Assembly (NCBI GenBank): GCA_049999805.1
Contig: JBNGIO010006237.1
Span: forward strand, 42,852 to 106,851
Length of the DNA: 64,000 bases
Direction: 5' to 3'
DNA from: Folioceros fuciformis
Lineage: Eukaryota
The notes under the pieces are model-generated. The model was not told the origin of the DNA. It worked only from the letters and a program-made list of their open reading frames with translations, and did not search any database. Shown piece by piece: positions 1 through 12,169 of this stretch (positions are counted from its first letter, which is position 1; each line of letters opens with the position of its first letter). Position numbers and translations under genes: made by a program.

Positions 1-1084
1 TTCAAGTTCCACTCATTTATGCTTTCTCAAGGCTACAAGCGTAGCGATGAGGATCATTGCCTCTATACGAAGCAAGCCAAGGATGGAAGCTTGTTCATTT
101 TGGTCCTCTATGTGGATGATATGCTAATTGCTGGGACTAACAGTGATGAGATTTTAGCGTTGAAGTCAAAGTTGAATGGTCGCTTTGACATGACAAACTT
201 GGGAGAGGCAAGCCATATTCTTAGCATGCGTATTCGTCGAGACAGACAGAAGCATTTGCTTTACTTGTCTCGGATTGAATACAATAACAAAGGTGCTTCA
301 ACGTTTCAATATGGAGAAGGGGAAGGTATTAAGTACTCCGTTGCCTCCATATGTGAAACTTTCGAGCAAAGATTGCCCAAGCTCTGCGGAGGACAAAGCT
401 CAAATGGAGAAGGTTCCATACTCATCAGCTGTGGGGAGTTTGATGTATGCAATGATTGCTACGCGTCCTGACATTAGGGTTTAGGGTTTTGCATTTGCAG
501 TGGGAGTGATTAGCAGGTTTATGTCAAACCCTGGCATGAAGCATTGGGAGGCAATGAAAGGAGTTATGAGGTACTTGAATGGTACAAAAGCTTTGTGCAT
601 ATGTTTTGGTGGTGAAGATGCATCTGTCGTGGGATATACGGATGCTGATTATGCAGGTGGTATTGACAAAAGGAGGTCCACATCAGGTTATGTCTTCATG
701 TGCACTAGAGGGGCAGTCTCATGGCGATCGCGTTTGCAATCGTGCATAACGCTATCTACCATAGAGGCTAAGTATGTTGCAGCGACTGAGGTATGCAAGG
801 AAGCCATGTGGCTTGCTCGTCTAGTGGGAGATTTGGGGATCAAGGTTGAGTTGCCAGTGTTGCATTGTGATAGCCAGAGTGTTATCCAATTGGCGAAGAA
901 TCCAGTGTTTCATGCAAAGACCAAACATGTGGAAGTGAAGTATCACTTCATTCGAGAGGTGTTGGAAGACAAGAGGGTACACCTTGTCAAAGTTCACACC
1001 AGTTAGAACCCTGCAGATGTTCTTACCAAGGGGCTCTCTTCGGAGCAATTCGCACAAGCTCGGACACTCATGGGCATGAGGTAG
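1..1084 (+). mobile_element. Ty1/copia LTR retrotransposon pol 3' part (RT + RNase H), degenerate; runs off the window start
   Basis: LYVDDML RT motif (ORF 19..471), YSSAVGSLMYAM..TRPDI, GYTDADYAG..DKRRSTSGY, CDSQS, HAKTKHVEVKYHFIRE RNase H motifs. Frameshift near 275; stops at 482 and 1004; natural end TAG 1082-1084. Confidence 0.95.
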
Positions 1085-1115
1085 ACCACTCTCCTATAAA
1101 GGTAAATTGGCCTTT

Positions 1116-1126
1116 AAGTGGGAGAT
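1116..1126 (+). promoter_or_regulatory. Polypurine tract of the copia element
   Basis: AAGTGGGAGAT just after pol and immediately before TG at 1127. Confidence 0.8.
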
Positions 1127-3235
1127 TGTAGAGTTATTAAAGCCCAATGTGCTTAGACTAATGTGTTTAGTCTAAGATTAGTGTCTAGTTAAGTGTCATT
1201 AGTTTAGTTTAGCTTAAGCTAATTTGTAGGAAGCTTGTTGTGCAGCTTCCTGTGGGCTTCTTGTGAAGCTTCCTAGGGAGCTCTTCTAGAGGGTATAAAT
1301 AACCCCTTGAGCTCCCTTGTATTGTGAGACTCAGTGTGAGAGTGTGACCTCTCTTTCTCCTCTCCTCCTTGCCTTCTCCTCTCCTCTCCTTCACCATGCT
1401 CCTCTAGCGACCCTTTCAGCTACCTCGGTCGTGGACCTGCTACTCCATTTAGTCTTTCCGTTTTCTTTCACCCGGCTGCGGGTCTCATTCCCGTTCCCGT
1501 TTATACCGGTCCGTAAGTTTTTGGACCTTCTCCACTGCAGCCGCCTCCTACTCCTGTGCCCTCAACAGCTCTTGTTGCATCTCCTGATTAGCTTCATGAA
1601 CCTCCTTGACTTGAGTCAAGAGCAGCTCCTCCTGATCCTTTAGAGTTTGCATCTCCTCCTGAGCTCGGTGTACTTCCTCCTCCGCCTACTCCTTGGCTGC
1701 ACTCAGGGCCTGTCAAGCTTCCTCAAGTTGCTCCCGCCTTACTTTTGCCTCAGATAGCTTGGCCTGTGCCTCCTCCTCCTTCTGCCCTTGCATGCTCAGC
1801 CAAGTCAGTGCCCGTGCAGCTTGGTCTAGCATGTTCGTATGTGCCCAAACCAGGGCCGCTGTCAGGCCTGGTAAATCCACATGTTGGGGTGCGCCTCCAG
1901 TAGCCATTCCCCTATCCAAGATTCCCCTTCCCAACAGCGTGCGCACCCTGGCCAAATCCTCCTCCTGCAAATTCGCCACCAAGGGGGTGGCTCTGAAAAT
2001 CTCTTCCCAGCCCGAAAAAGGCTCTTCCCCCGAAGTCCTCCCTAACTTCCCTACCACCTCAGCTGGTCTCGCCCCCTCTGTTGGCACTGATTCCTTGAGT
2101 TCAGTCAAAGGGGTGCCCGGTTGCCTTTCGCATACTTACCGGGCAGAATCATGTAGCGCCGAATTTCCTGCTGCTCTAGTGGTGCGCCCACTGACCTTCC
2201 TCTTCTTTGCGTGGGTCTTCCGCCCGGTCCATGCCTTCCTCTTCCTACTGGCAGTTGTCTCCTCTTCCGAACTCCCTATGGCCCCAGACTCCCAGCTGCT
2301 GGACTCGGCCTCCTCCTTAGGCTCCTCCGGCTTCCACTTGACCTCCCAAACTGGCTTCCACATATGCTGGGAAGCAACCACTTCTATCTCTGGTAGACTG
2401 TTAGCATAACAATACAAATGGACCAGGAAGGGTGAGATTAGAGACGGACGGGGAGTGGGAGAGGTCATATTCTGCCTCTCCTTATTCAGTCAGTCGTAAA
2501 TAATCTTCCCCCAGTCGATCTTGCTCCCCTTGACCACTTTGTGCAGGAACAACAGCATGTGGTCCAACAAGTAGTCTTGCTTCCTGTTCTGCAAAAAACA
2601 CAAGAGCCACCTAGCCAGTCCCATGAGCTAGGCAGACGCCATCTCTCGTGCCAGCCAGCCGTTGGCCTCCCTTCCGATGCCAGCCTTGAACAGCGCTGTT
2701 GCCGCAATCGTGGTGCTGCGCTTCCTCAGGGACTCGATCACAAGCCCCCCAGCTTCCTCCTGACTAGCTTGACGTCCCAGTCCTGGGGCCTCTCCCTGGT
2801 CCCTTCCCCCTTTGTCCAGTTCCGCAGCCAATGCACACACTCCTGCACCAGAGCAGGGGTCACATGGTTCCATCTCTAGGCCATGAACCCAAGGCCTAGC
2901 TCCTCCACCAGCCCTCCGGCTCTAGCCTTCCAGTGGTCCATATTTGGCCAGAAGGCTACCTCCACCTGAGGCATCGACTCCTGCGCTGCATCCCCAGACG
3001 ATTCTGCCGGCGCCAGCTATGTGGTCGTTCCCTCCATCAGGCTCCACTCCATCGTCACCCTGGCGCCGCCTCCTCTCCTAGTACTGGCGCGCTTCACATC
3101 TCCCCTGATCTGCCTCAATGTACACTCTCACATATAGTCTTTAAGCAATTTAGCCTAGCAGCCATCTAATTGCACAAGGGTTTGGTTTATACTTAGTGTT
3201 CCAAAGGCAAGCTAACATGTAATCATTTCCCTACA
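1127..3235 (+). mobile_element. Putative 3' LTR of the copia element (~2.1 kb)
   Basis: Starts TGTAG right after the PPT; TATAAATA at 1294-1301; candidate end CTACA at 3231-3235 (reverse complement of TGTAG). The 5' LTR is outside the window, so the end is unconfirmed. Confidence 0.6.
1420..3053 (-). pseudogene. Degenerate antisense coding region inside the putative LTR (basic/acidic segment plus coiled-coil C-terminus)
   Basis: ORFs 2136..2468 and 1713..2108 share a frame, which continues past isolated stops as EEEVHRAQEEMQTLKDQEELL...MQQELLRAQE. GC-rich with coding-like composition. Confidence 0.5.
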
Positions 3236-3834
3236 AGATCACATCTCGATAAGTTCTAGGCCTGATCAAAGAACCCAAGGAAGGCACAAATATAACCTAG
3301 TTCTTAAAAACAAATGTCCTATAACATCCTCTTTAAAACAAAGGCAAAGAAACCCTACACCTTTTGGGAAGCCTGTGCCTAGCCTAGCCCAACCTAACCT
3401 ACGCATCTCCAGCTCAATTCACAGCCTCCACTTCTGCAGCACCCTGTTAGATAATTGCCCTCAGCTTCGACACATATACTTTTGGGGACTCCACCATGTT
3501 GAAACTATTGTGCAACCCACGTATCGCATCTGCTAACTTTTGGGTCAAGTTTCGAGCATCTTGGCCTTCTCCTCCTAATGTGCTCCACCATGCACGCTCT
3601 AATAAGGCAACAAGTCCCTTGTTTGCAAAGGATTATCGACATCCTCTCGAGGAGGGTGGCTCTAAGTAGGAAAGCTCCCATTGGTATCTTGGAAACCTAT
3701 AGCCTTAACTAAAAAATATAATGTGATAGTATTAGAAAACAAAGGTTGGTCATAAGTAGAAATGTTGTATTAGAAAACATTGGTTGCTCACTATGAAAGT
3801 GTGGCGAAAAATTGTTTTGGATAGTGTACAATTT

Positions 3835-4400
3835 CTATTTTTTTATTATTGAAAAAGAGATGAAAAGTCCCATCTACTCCAAAGATTGGAGGAACAACTC
3901 GAATAGGACCAAAAGCCAAAAGGGTATTGGCCCCTTCGATTATCATTCTCAAAAACTACCTACTGCTCCCAAAATGTCAGGATGTAGAATATCGGAAGGC
4001 CTACCTACCATCGGTGCTGTAGAAGCCACTTGACCTGCGCTTGTTGCTGTTCTAAAAACCACTTTGGCCAATGCTCTTTGCAAAGCAATGGATACGTGTT
4101 GTGGAAAGAAGACCACCATAAACAAAAGAGGGAGAACACCATTTCTATGACTTTGGTAAACCTTAGAACACTCCTTGATAAACCTTGAAAAGTCTTTGCC
4201 CATAGCCCCGTGAGTCTCAAGAACAAGGCATGAAAGTATGCCTGTTTTACGGTGAAGAATACTTATGGACTTTGGCGCTTGCAAAACCCTCTGCCACCCA
4301 ACCAAGGGGCTGATGATGATGCTGATGCGCTCATAGATCAAATCCCTAGTGGGAACTGTAACAACCACATGAGTGATACGAACTTATTTCTCTCTAGTGA
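3835..4400 (-). mobile_element. 3' remnant of a non-LTR retrotransposon with restriction-like endonuclease (CRE/R2-type C-terminus)
   Basis: Across frameshifts: VVVTVPT...AKVHKY...HTFMP / LVLETHGAMGKDFSRFIKE...QHVSIALQRALAKVV, the layout of RLE domains. It is followed by an A-rich 3' tail near 3835-3850. Confidence 0.65.
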
Positions 4401-5319
4401 ACAACTTGTAGAAGACGGGATGGCTTTAACTAAGCTCACATTAAACCCTAAAAGATGTATAAAACCAGAAGATGCCATAGAAGATTCGAATACAACATAT
4501 ACTAAAAAAAAAAAAAAGCCCATATGGTATTCCATATAGAAGTTTCTTGGAGTCTAACCTTATTCTATTCTTTCATATAGCTACATAGATGTGTATGTAT
4601 GCATAAAGCAAGTACTGCAAGTAGTGTAAAGACGAGATTTCCAGGTCATAAATGTCCTGACCGTCAGCGGAATCTTTACATGCATGTACATATATGCATG
4701 GGGCTATGCAGGCATGTACATATGTACGTCTTCTTTGACTTGTCTTTGCGTGAATCGATCGGCTGTTACGTCCGCAGGTTTGGGAGATGGCTGATAGGAA
4801 ACTGCAGGAGACCTGATAGGCACGTGCTATTCCATGGTGGTGCTGCCTCCCTGCTGCTGCTGGTTGCGTATAACGTGGTTCCAGCAGCTTCCAAGGATCT
4901 TGTAGGGAGGCTGCTTCTGCAACAGCAATAGGCTAGTAGCAGTAGCATAGCAGCCTGCAACAGCGTACTATGCAGTCGGCTTTACGCTTCAGCCACCAAG
5001 GAGTCTCCATGTAGTCAAAAGTGGAAGAGAAAGGCAGAAGCTCCTTCAGTCAGTGTCAACCATCGCATCGTGTGCAGTTTACCACAGACACATTGCAAGA
5101 AAGGAGGCAAAGGTGGAGCTTTCAGTCTAGCTCAACATATCCAGTGTGCGCGATGATCACCCGCGCGAATATTCTAAAACTCAAGTTACCTATCTCATCC
5201 CTTCAAGTCCACGTTCCTCCCTCCAGCAGTTTCACACCCAATAACCGCCACCCCAGGAATGCACCGTTCACCTTCAGCGTCGATGCCGAAAACAAAGGAC
5301 TCAGGCGAGAATTCACACG

Positions 5320-6160
5320 AAGTCACAGGACCCCACAGTTGTGACTGACTGGATGCATGCACAGCCTTGTCTTGTCACATGAAGTAGAACATAAGACGAT
5401 GAGAGCAGCAGCCGAATATGCGCTGGAGTCATACAGCCGGTGTGGATGGACAAAAACCAATGACCGACAGTGTGTGGAGCCGACCAATTTGCAGAAGCAA
5501 TTCTTATGAAGTTGCGAGGATAGGATGAGCCCCGTCCATAATTTTGGATATCCTTCGAGAAGGCGTACGATATGATCTATTTCAAGCAAGTGTAGCGCCG
5601 AAAACTACTACTACCTACGAGGTGTGCTTCGTGCGACTGCAGACTATTGGCCGCAACGTGGAGGTCAGAAACTCCGTGTCCGCTTCCTTGAAGCCAACTT
5701 CGTCGACTCACAAGGCCCCAATGCCCGTAAGACCTCAATGGACTCGGCGGTCGAAAGCTGTACATATATCCGATTCCCACGGCGGAGATTCCCGATCTCG
5801 CCAACGGGGCAGCCTGCAGGCAGTGCGTCAGAACCCCCGTTCCGCCTGGGTCCCGTCTATTGGCTTAAAGCACTCTCCGCAAGTCTGTATTACCTGGGTA
5901 TCGCCCATGAAATTTGGCCCTCTTCCACGCACAAATGCTGTAATGCCGGTTGGTTGCTTGCCAAAGAAAGTAAAGTGTGGTCTGGTACCTCTGTAAAATG
6001 CAAGCTGGACATATTCTGGCAAATGTCCTGAAAGGGTGTCTTGTCAGTGATGTTGGTATCTTCTGGACCGTGCTCCACTGTTGGTGGGTGCGTGTCACCA
6101 CGGACAGATGACTGATGATGCTCTGCCAAAGCAGTTCCAATGGAATTCAAATCCCCCACA
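5320..6160 (-). pseudogene. Possible decayed F-box/LRR-like gene
   Basis: LELLWQSIISHLSV...QWSTVQK (F-box-like) and MSSLHFTEVPDHTLLSLASNQPALQHLCV (LRR-like) occur in different frames; no intact ORF. Confidence 0.25.
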
Positions 6161-6736
6161 TCACTCTCATCCCTTTTTGATTCACAGCTGGGCGGATGGA
6201 ACTGCTGCCAATGGCTGCAAGTGCATACTTGGGGATCTTTATCTCAGCTGTTGGGGAGTTTGAAACCCATCACATCACTCTCACTGGTTTCGTTTCACTG
6301 GTGCTTGGATGGGACTGTTGGCCATGGCCATATGTCAATAGAGCTATCGGATGTTGCTTCTCACACATCCAGGACCGTCACGCATGCTGCACACATTGTC
6401 AAGGATTGGAGCCTGGAATCTGGCGACATAGAACTACAACGAGGATAGACAAATGGAGTGTGGTAGTGACGCTGTTTTCCTTTTTTCGTTTGTTATGGTT
6501 TTGGTATGGGCTTAATCCTACAAGCCCTCACGAAAATTGGATGTACACATGCTGCAATATGTTGGGCAGCAGCAACACGGAAGAACCTACAACACTATGC
6601 AAATGATCACCGTGACAGTATGCTAACTACGAGGGTGGAAGACGGGAGTTGGAGGAATGCACAAGCATTATAATGTCTGAGAAGAATGGAGGAGGAGATC
6701 TACAGCTGCTCTACCCTAGTACCGGTACCAGCTAAG

Positions 6737-8026
6737 CTACCGATTTCTAACAGAAGCAGGTTGAACAGTTTCGGATCTCATGAACTTGTCCCTAGCTTCA
6801 GACGAAGAAACGGCAACGGATTTTTGCATGAACTTATCTCTGAACGTATCCGGAAGCTCCGGGTAGGAAGCCTGCTTGGGGGTGGACCTGGTAGAAAGCC
6901 CCGCCCCGTTCTGATGATCCACGGGCAACGTCTGGCTTCTCTTCACTGCCGGCGTGTGAGCGTCGTCGTCTTGGTGATGAGCCTCGGCAGCAGCCTCCCG
7001 GGCTGCGAATCGGGACCTGGCAATCCGCAGAGGGACCTTGTGAGTGATCTGCAAGCTGGGACGGCCGCGCTTTTGCAGGAGGGTCCTCCCGCCGTGGTCA
7101 CTGTCGCTGGCGGAGTCGGAATCGTCCGTGTGCCTCAAGATGGAAGGAAGGCTGGGGAACCTGCTTGCAGGCCGAGATGTGGCAGCTGGGGACTCCGCCT
7201 CGGACGAGTCTTCCGAGGCCGCGCTGCTGCTGCAATCTTCCTGGTCCATGAACTTGACCCGCTCCAAGCGTTTGAAGCTCGGACTGGGGACAAGCGTAGG
7301 TCCCGCCTCTGGTGCAGGGGGAGCAGGAGCAGGAGCGGGTTCATGATGAGGTGCCGTGACGAGAGGAGCAGCGATCCCCTGCTGCTCCGCGCTCTTGCTG
7401 CTGGCATGCTCCAAATCCGTTGGCGCAGGGGGAGGCCGGGTGTCCACCAGCCGCGAGATGCTGTCCACCTTGAAGCTCCGGCTGCGGATGTCGCTGTTGG
7501 TGTGGCCGCGGATGTCGCTCTTGGTATGGCCGTGGCTGAGGCTGTGGCTGCGCGGAGAGGCAGAGTGCCGGCTTCGGCGGCTGCTGCTGACGCTGCTGGG
7601 GCCGAGAGTGCGGGCCATGTCCGCCTGGGAGGAGGCCTCACTGTTCATAATCATTGCGATCCCGGTCCCGGGCCTGGCCGCCTCCGTGGAATCTGTCTTG
7701 ACTAAGTGCAGGAGGAAATCCAGGAGCCCGTGAGTGGCCTTTCGAAAACCCCCCGCAGAATACACATACATGACCAGCACTGCGAGCAGCACCACAAGCG
7801 GGAAATTGAACAGCAGCCACACCCCCGCGCCTACGCAGGGCGCAATGAGGAAGGTGAACCAGTCGGGAATAGCGTTGTCGTAGTCGTGATGCGACACCAG
7901 CGCAGCCGCCCCGAATCCCACCAGCACGTACCCGTAGCTCATGAGGCTGAGCCAGGCGTGGCAGTAATTGAGCAGCCAGAAGGTGGACGTGAAGATGAGC
8001 CCCCGGGTGACGCTTTTGTGCCTCAT
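6737..8026 (-). CDS. Single-exon uncharacterised protein: N-terminal hydrophobic helices plus long Ser/Pro/Arg-rich disordered tail
   Basis: Within the 613-aa ORF 6737..8578. The likely ATG is at 8026 (MRHKSVTRGLIF), followed by 2-4 hydrophobic segments. The upstream CT/CAC-rich part looks like 5' UTR. Confidence 0.65.
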   Translation of the reverse strand: MRHKSVTRGLIFTSTFWLLNYCHAWLSLMSYGYVLVGFGAAALVSHHDYDNAIPDWFTFLIAPCVGAGVWLLFNFPLVVLLAVLVMYVYSAGGFRKATHGLLDFLLHLVKTDSTEAARPGTGIAMIMNSEASSQADMARTLGPSSVSSSRRSRHSASPRSHSLSHGHTKSDIRGHTNSDIRSRSFKVDSISRLVDTRPPPAPTDLEHASSKSAEQQGIAAPLVTAPHHEPAPAPAPPAPEAGPTLVPSPSFKRLERVKFMDQEDCSSSAASEDSSEAESPAATSRPASRFPSLPSILRHTDDSDSASDSDHGGRTLLQKRGRPSLQITHKVPLRIARSRFAAREAAAEAHHQDDDAHTPAVKRSQTLPVDHQNGAGLSTRSTPKQASYPELPDTFRDKFMQKSVAVSSSEARDKFMRSETVQPASVRNR

Positions 8027-9729
8027 GGTGCTTGCTCTTGCTCCGCGGGCTTGCACTTGGTGCTCGGAGTCCGACCAACTCTTCAACAGCCTTGCTGTTC
8101 TTGCGCTTGCAACTTGGTGGTGGTGGTGGTGGTGGTGCTGATGGAGAAGAAGATGTCGAGAGCGCTTTCGAGCTGGGCAGCACCAGCACCTCCTTTGAAG
8201 CTGTCGTTGTGTGTTGTCAGTTCGTATGTCTTGGCGTGTGTCCTCCTCTTCTCTCCCTCGCTCCCTCCCTTCGGATGCGCTGCGATGCGGTGCAGAAGCA
8301 GGAGCGTTAAGGAGACAGAAGAGAGGAAGCGAGAGTTTGCTAGTCCTGGGAGCCTCACAGCCCAGGAGCGCGGAAGCAAATGCTGAGAGTGAGACGGCAG
8401 AGAAGGCGCAAACGGAGGCACAAGAAAAGGGAAGAAGTAAGGGTTTTATGAAGAGAGAATACGAGGTCCCAGTCCTGCAGCCAGGCGCGGATTCCAGGAA
8501 ACGGGCCGCGCAAGCATGCCCCGCGGAGGGAGGGAGAAAAGGACGGGCAGCTGCAGGAAGAAGCTTGGCGGCTACCAAATGCCCGGACCGGGCAGGGCAG
8601 AGTAGGGCCGGGCCGGGCCGGGCGGCTGAAGCACGTCACGGCCTCAGCCTGGCACCAGGTCAGTCGTACAGGGTGGCGTTCTGACGCGGGGAGGGAGCAT
8701 ACATCCCCTTTTGATGAGATAGTTCCCACTCCAGTCGCCACTGGCCAATGGGCCAATACCCGCATCGTCATTTATGGCTCTGGATAAAGGATGGCCAAAG
8801 CATTGGGAAACCATATCAAGCGCGAACGAAACGCGACTGCACGCCCCCGCTCTGGAGAAATGGTGGTCAAGGGCGAAACGGGTTCACAACGCGTACGAAT
8901 CGCGACTCGACGCGGCTTCCTGCGCGTCCAGGCCTTAAGCTTGGGCTTTGCGTGCAGACAAACGCAAGTGATGTCACTGCGCTTCCGGTACCACTGTACC
9001 GCTCAAACACTACATACATTTTACATACATACAAATGCAAATACAGTACCTAGTTGTACTAGACCCACATCATAAGTACAATTACCTGCACGTGCACAGT
9101 GTGCAGTTTGCAGGAGCCTCAGGGGCTACCAGCCTAGCAGCCTTGCATCCCAGCACTCACCATGGTTCCCACATTTGCTCTGGACGCATTAGCTTACTGC
9201 ATCTTGCATAGGGCAGAGAGCTCACCAACTGCACCACTTCTCTCTTTCAAGCCCGAGGTCCCCCCACTTCTCTCTCTGTGGGCGCTGCCCTCTGCATACC
9301 CGTGTCAGCACACTCCGTAGCGCGACCATCGTCTTGTACCATCTCACGTGCCTCAATAAAAACTACATTTATCTACCTATGTATGTACATGTACATACAC
9401 CTGTCACATAAACTGAACATACCACCTTCTGTCGATAGCAATACCTTCCTATTGTATATGAAGTAAGGACGTAGTGGGGAGCGGACACAGGTCACTGGGC
9501 GGGCGCCACCTAGCCTGCACAACATAACCCGCTCAACGGACAGCGGCCTGCTTCGGGCCGGGCAGCTACGCGCCTGGGCTGAGGGGTGCGCATTGACTCC
9601 TGCCCGAAACCTGTACCTGGAGTAGGCACCAAGCAAGCAATCAATAGCTGGAGCCAAAGAAACGAGCTGGTCGCTTGGTCGGTGTCTTCACAACCAACCC
9701 TCCTGAAATTAACTTCCCTTGTACGGCAT

Positions 9730-11551
9730 CTATTCTACCGGGACCAGCTCCCGGGCCGGTACGCGGAGAGAGTCGACGTTGGTCCTGCCATCCAGCTTTC
9801 TACCGAAATAGAGCGCCACGTAGTCCGAGAAGAGCACGCTCCTGTACCCGGCGGGGCCTGCGCTATCCACGGGTGTCACCAGCGCGGTCAGCTCCGGCTG
9901 GAAGAAGGTGGCGAGCGACACGCGAGACCCCGCCTTGCACACCACAGCTCGGTGCTCCACGCTCTTGTACTTGCCATTGCTCGCCACCTGAAGATGAAGA
10001 GCAGCAGCAGCACCAGGCAGCAGCACCAGCCGCGGCGAGGTGGACGTGAGACAAGTGCTTCACCGTTCGTGTCCATGTGCCTGCAGCTGCAGCGGCAGAG
10101 CAGGATGAGGTGACAGAGGAACCTAACATCAACGGACAATCACCTACCTCCAACATGTCCCCGACGTTGAGCACCAGCGCCCCGGGCACAGGCTGCACCG
10201 CCAGCCACACGCCGTGGTGGCGAATCTCCAGCCCCGTCACGCCCGGGCTCTGCGCCAGCACAGTCAGGTACCCCCCGTCCNNNNNNNNNNNNNNNNNNNN
10301 NNNNNNNNNNNNNNNNNNNNNNNNNNNNNNNNNNNNNNNNNNNNNNNNNNNNNNNNNNNNNNNNNNNNNNNNNNNNNNNNTCAGGTACCCCCCGTCCGAG
10401 TGCGGGCTCAGCCCTAGCACCGACTCCGCGCGCGGGCACGCCGGGTAGAAGTTGATGCGCAAAGACGCCATGTGCTCTTGTCCGAACGCGTCCTGTAAGC
10501 AGGAGCCTGGTAGACCTAGGCTGAGCGACACCATTTCCAGCACCTGCCTCGCCAAATGCTGGATCCCGCGGCCATACTCCTCCATGACTTGCCTGACATG
10601 CACAAACACCGCACCACGAACAAGAGAAAAATTGTATCCCTATTCTCCTGCTCCTTCAATTCTATCCTCCTGCTCCTTCAATTCTATCCTCCTGCTCCTT
10701 CAATTCTATCCTCCTGCTCCTTCAATTCTATCCTCCAATCCGAGCTGCACTCACCTGTAGGACGCCGGCTTGCGAGGCCAGTGCATCTCCACCTTCTTCA
10801 TGGACTCCGGCATTAGGTTATGTCCCAACACATCCACCCAGTCCCGTGGAGCCCCCTCGTGCTCGAACACCCTGCCATACCCCTGGTACTCCCCGGGCCT
10901 GATGGCCACCTCCTGCTTCACGTCGAACGGCTGCAGGAAGAACTCCTCCGCCACCTTCAATGCCGCCTCCACACTCGACTCGGGCATGCCATGATTCACC
11001 ACCTGCTCCACCACGCCTCACCATTGAGACCGCATTCGGGGCCATGCCAACCCTACGTTAAACCACCACCACCACACCACCACTANNNNNNNNNNNNNNN
11101 NNNNNNNNNNNNNNNNNNNNNNNNNNNNNNNNNNNNNNNNNNNNNNNNNNNNNNNNNNNNNNNNNNNNNNNNNNNNNNNNNNNNNCGTTAAACCACCACC
11201 ACCACACCACCACTACACACGCACCTGGAAGAACCCCCATTCCTCGCACGCCCTGGCCACTTCGCTCCGCACCCTCTCCCTGTCCTCTCCCGATGTCCAG
11301 CCGCTCAGATCTATCACCGGCACGGATGCATCCTGCGACCCCGCCGTCCGTGCCTTCTCCAGCTTTGCTGTGCGAATGAACTGGCTCGGCACTTCCCCGA
11401 TCTCCGACATGGTCTGCACCATTTTCTCCTTCTGCGCCGCCGAGGCATGGAATTCGTGCGCTTCGAATCCGTATGTGGATTTGGAACTGCCATCGCCACC
11501 CGAGCTCCGAACTGCCGTCTGATTGAATCCCATCCTGGCAGTATCCTCCAT
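9730..11551 (-). CDS. 2-oxoglutarate/Fe(II)-dependent dioxygenase (DOXC class), 4 exons
   Basis: VPVIDLS, ACEEWGFFQVVNHG, LRINFYPACP, HSD iron motif, NVGDMLEV.SNGKYKSVEHRAV and RVS 2OG motif. Exons approx. 11225-11551, 10755-11003, 10147-10593, 9730-9988. Confidence 0.93.
10281..10380. other. 100-N assembly gap, probably spurious (further 100-N gaps at 11086-11185 and 37382-37481)
   Basis: Identical TCAGGTACCCCCCGTCC on both sides; collapsing it restores HSDGGYLTVL. Confidence 0.9.
10645..10738. repeat. 22-bp intronic minisatellite (TCCTGCTCCTTCAATTCTATCC x~4)
   Basis: Direct tandem copies in intron 2 of the dioxygenase. Confidence 0.9.
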
Positions 11552-12169
11552 TGCAAGGCGAGGCAGGTCTTCATCTTTATCAATCTCCAAATTTCTCTGC
11601 TGTCCCCGGTTCCTGCCAACTGTCTTCTGGTTTCTGCCAAGTGTCTCCCGTCTCATTGGCAAAAACCACTGCCCGATCCCAACACTCTGACAGCGTCTCG
11701 TGGGCCAGCGTCCGCACTGAAGAAAATCCCCGATCCTTTGTCCAATTTTGTTTTTTTCTGTCTACGTGCATTATTGTTTTTACGAGAAAACAATTCCAAT
11801 TATGTCAGCTGAAAGCTGGTTATGAGATTCACCGATGTTTTTGAAATGATCGGATTTTATATTTTAATCTTTTCTAAGGGCCATGAAAAAAAAAACAAAC
11901 ATGTTAGAGGTATTAAGTAATATGAACCGACCAACCATAATATGGAGAGAAAACGAATTTAAGGTTTCAAGTTTCGTTTTTAAGGTTTGAGGGTATGGAA
12001 TACCGGACAGGGACTATATAGTCATGTTTTTTTTTAATATGTATTTTATATATAAATATTCCATGGCATCTCAAGAATATTCCTCTACTATACCTTGCCA
12101 CATTATCCAACCCTATGTACACACTATATACCAAATTTTTTTTAATACCTCAAACCACTTTGTGTCCCG

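Noticed and set aside
6686-8684. Long plus-strand ORFs (339, 226 and 157 aa) as overlapping genes
   Set aside because: Shadow frames of a GC-rich minus-strand CDS, with no motifs.
10264-11217. Internal duplications in the dioxygenase gene
   Set aside because: The duplicated words flank 100-N scaffold gaps; this is an assembly overlap artefact.
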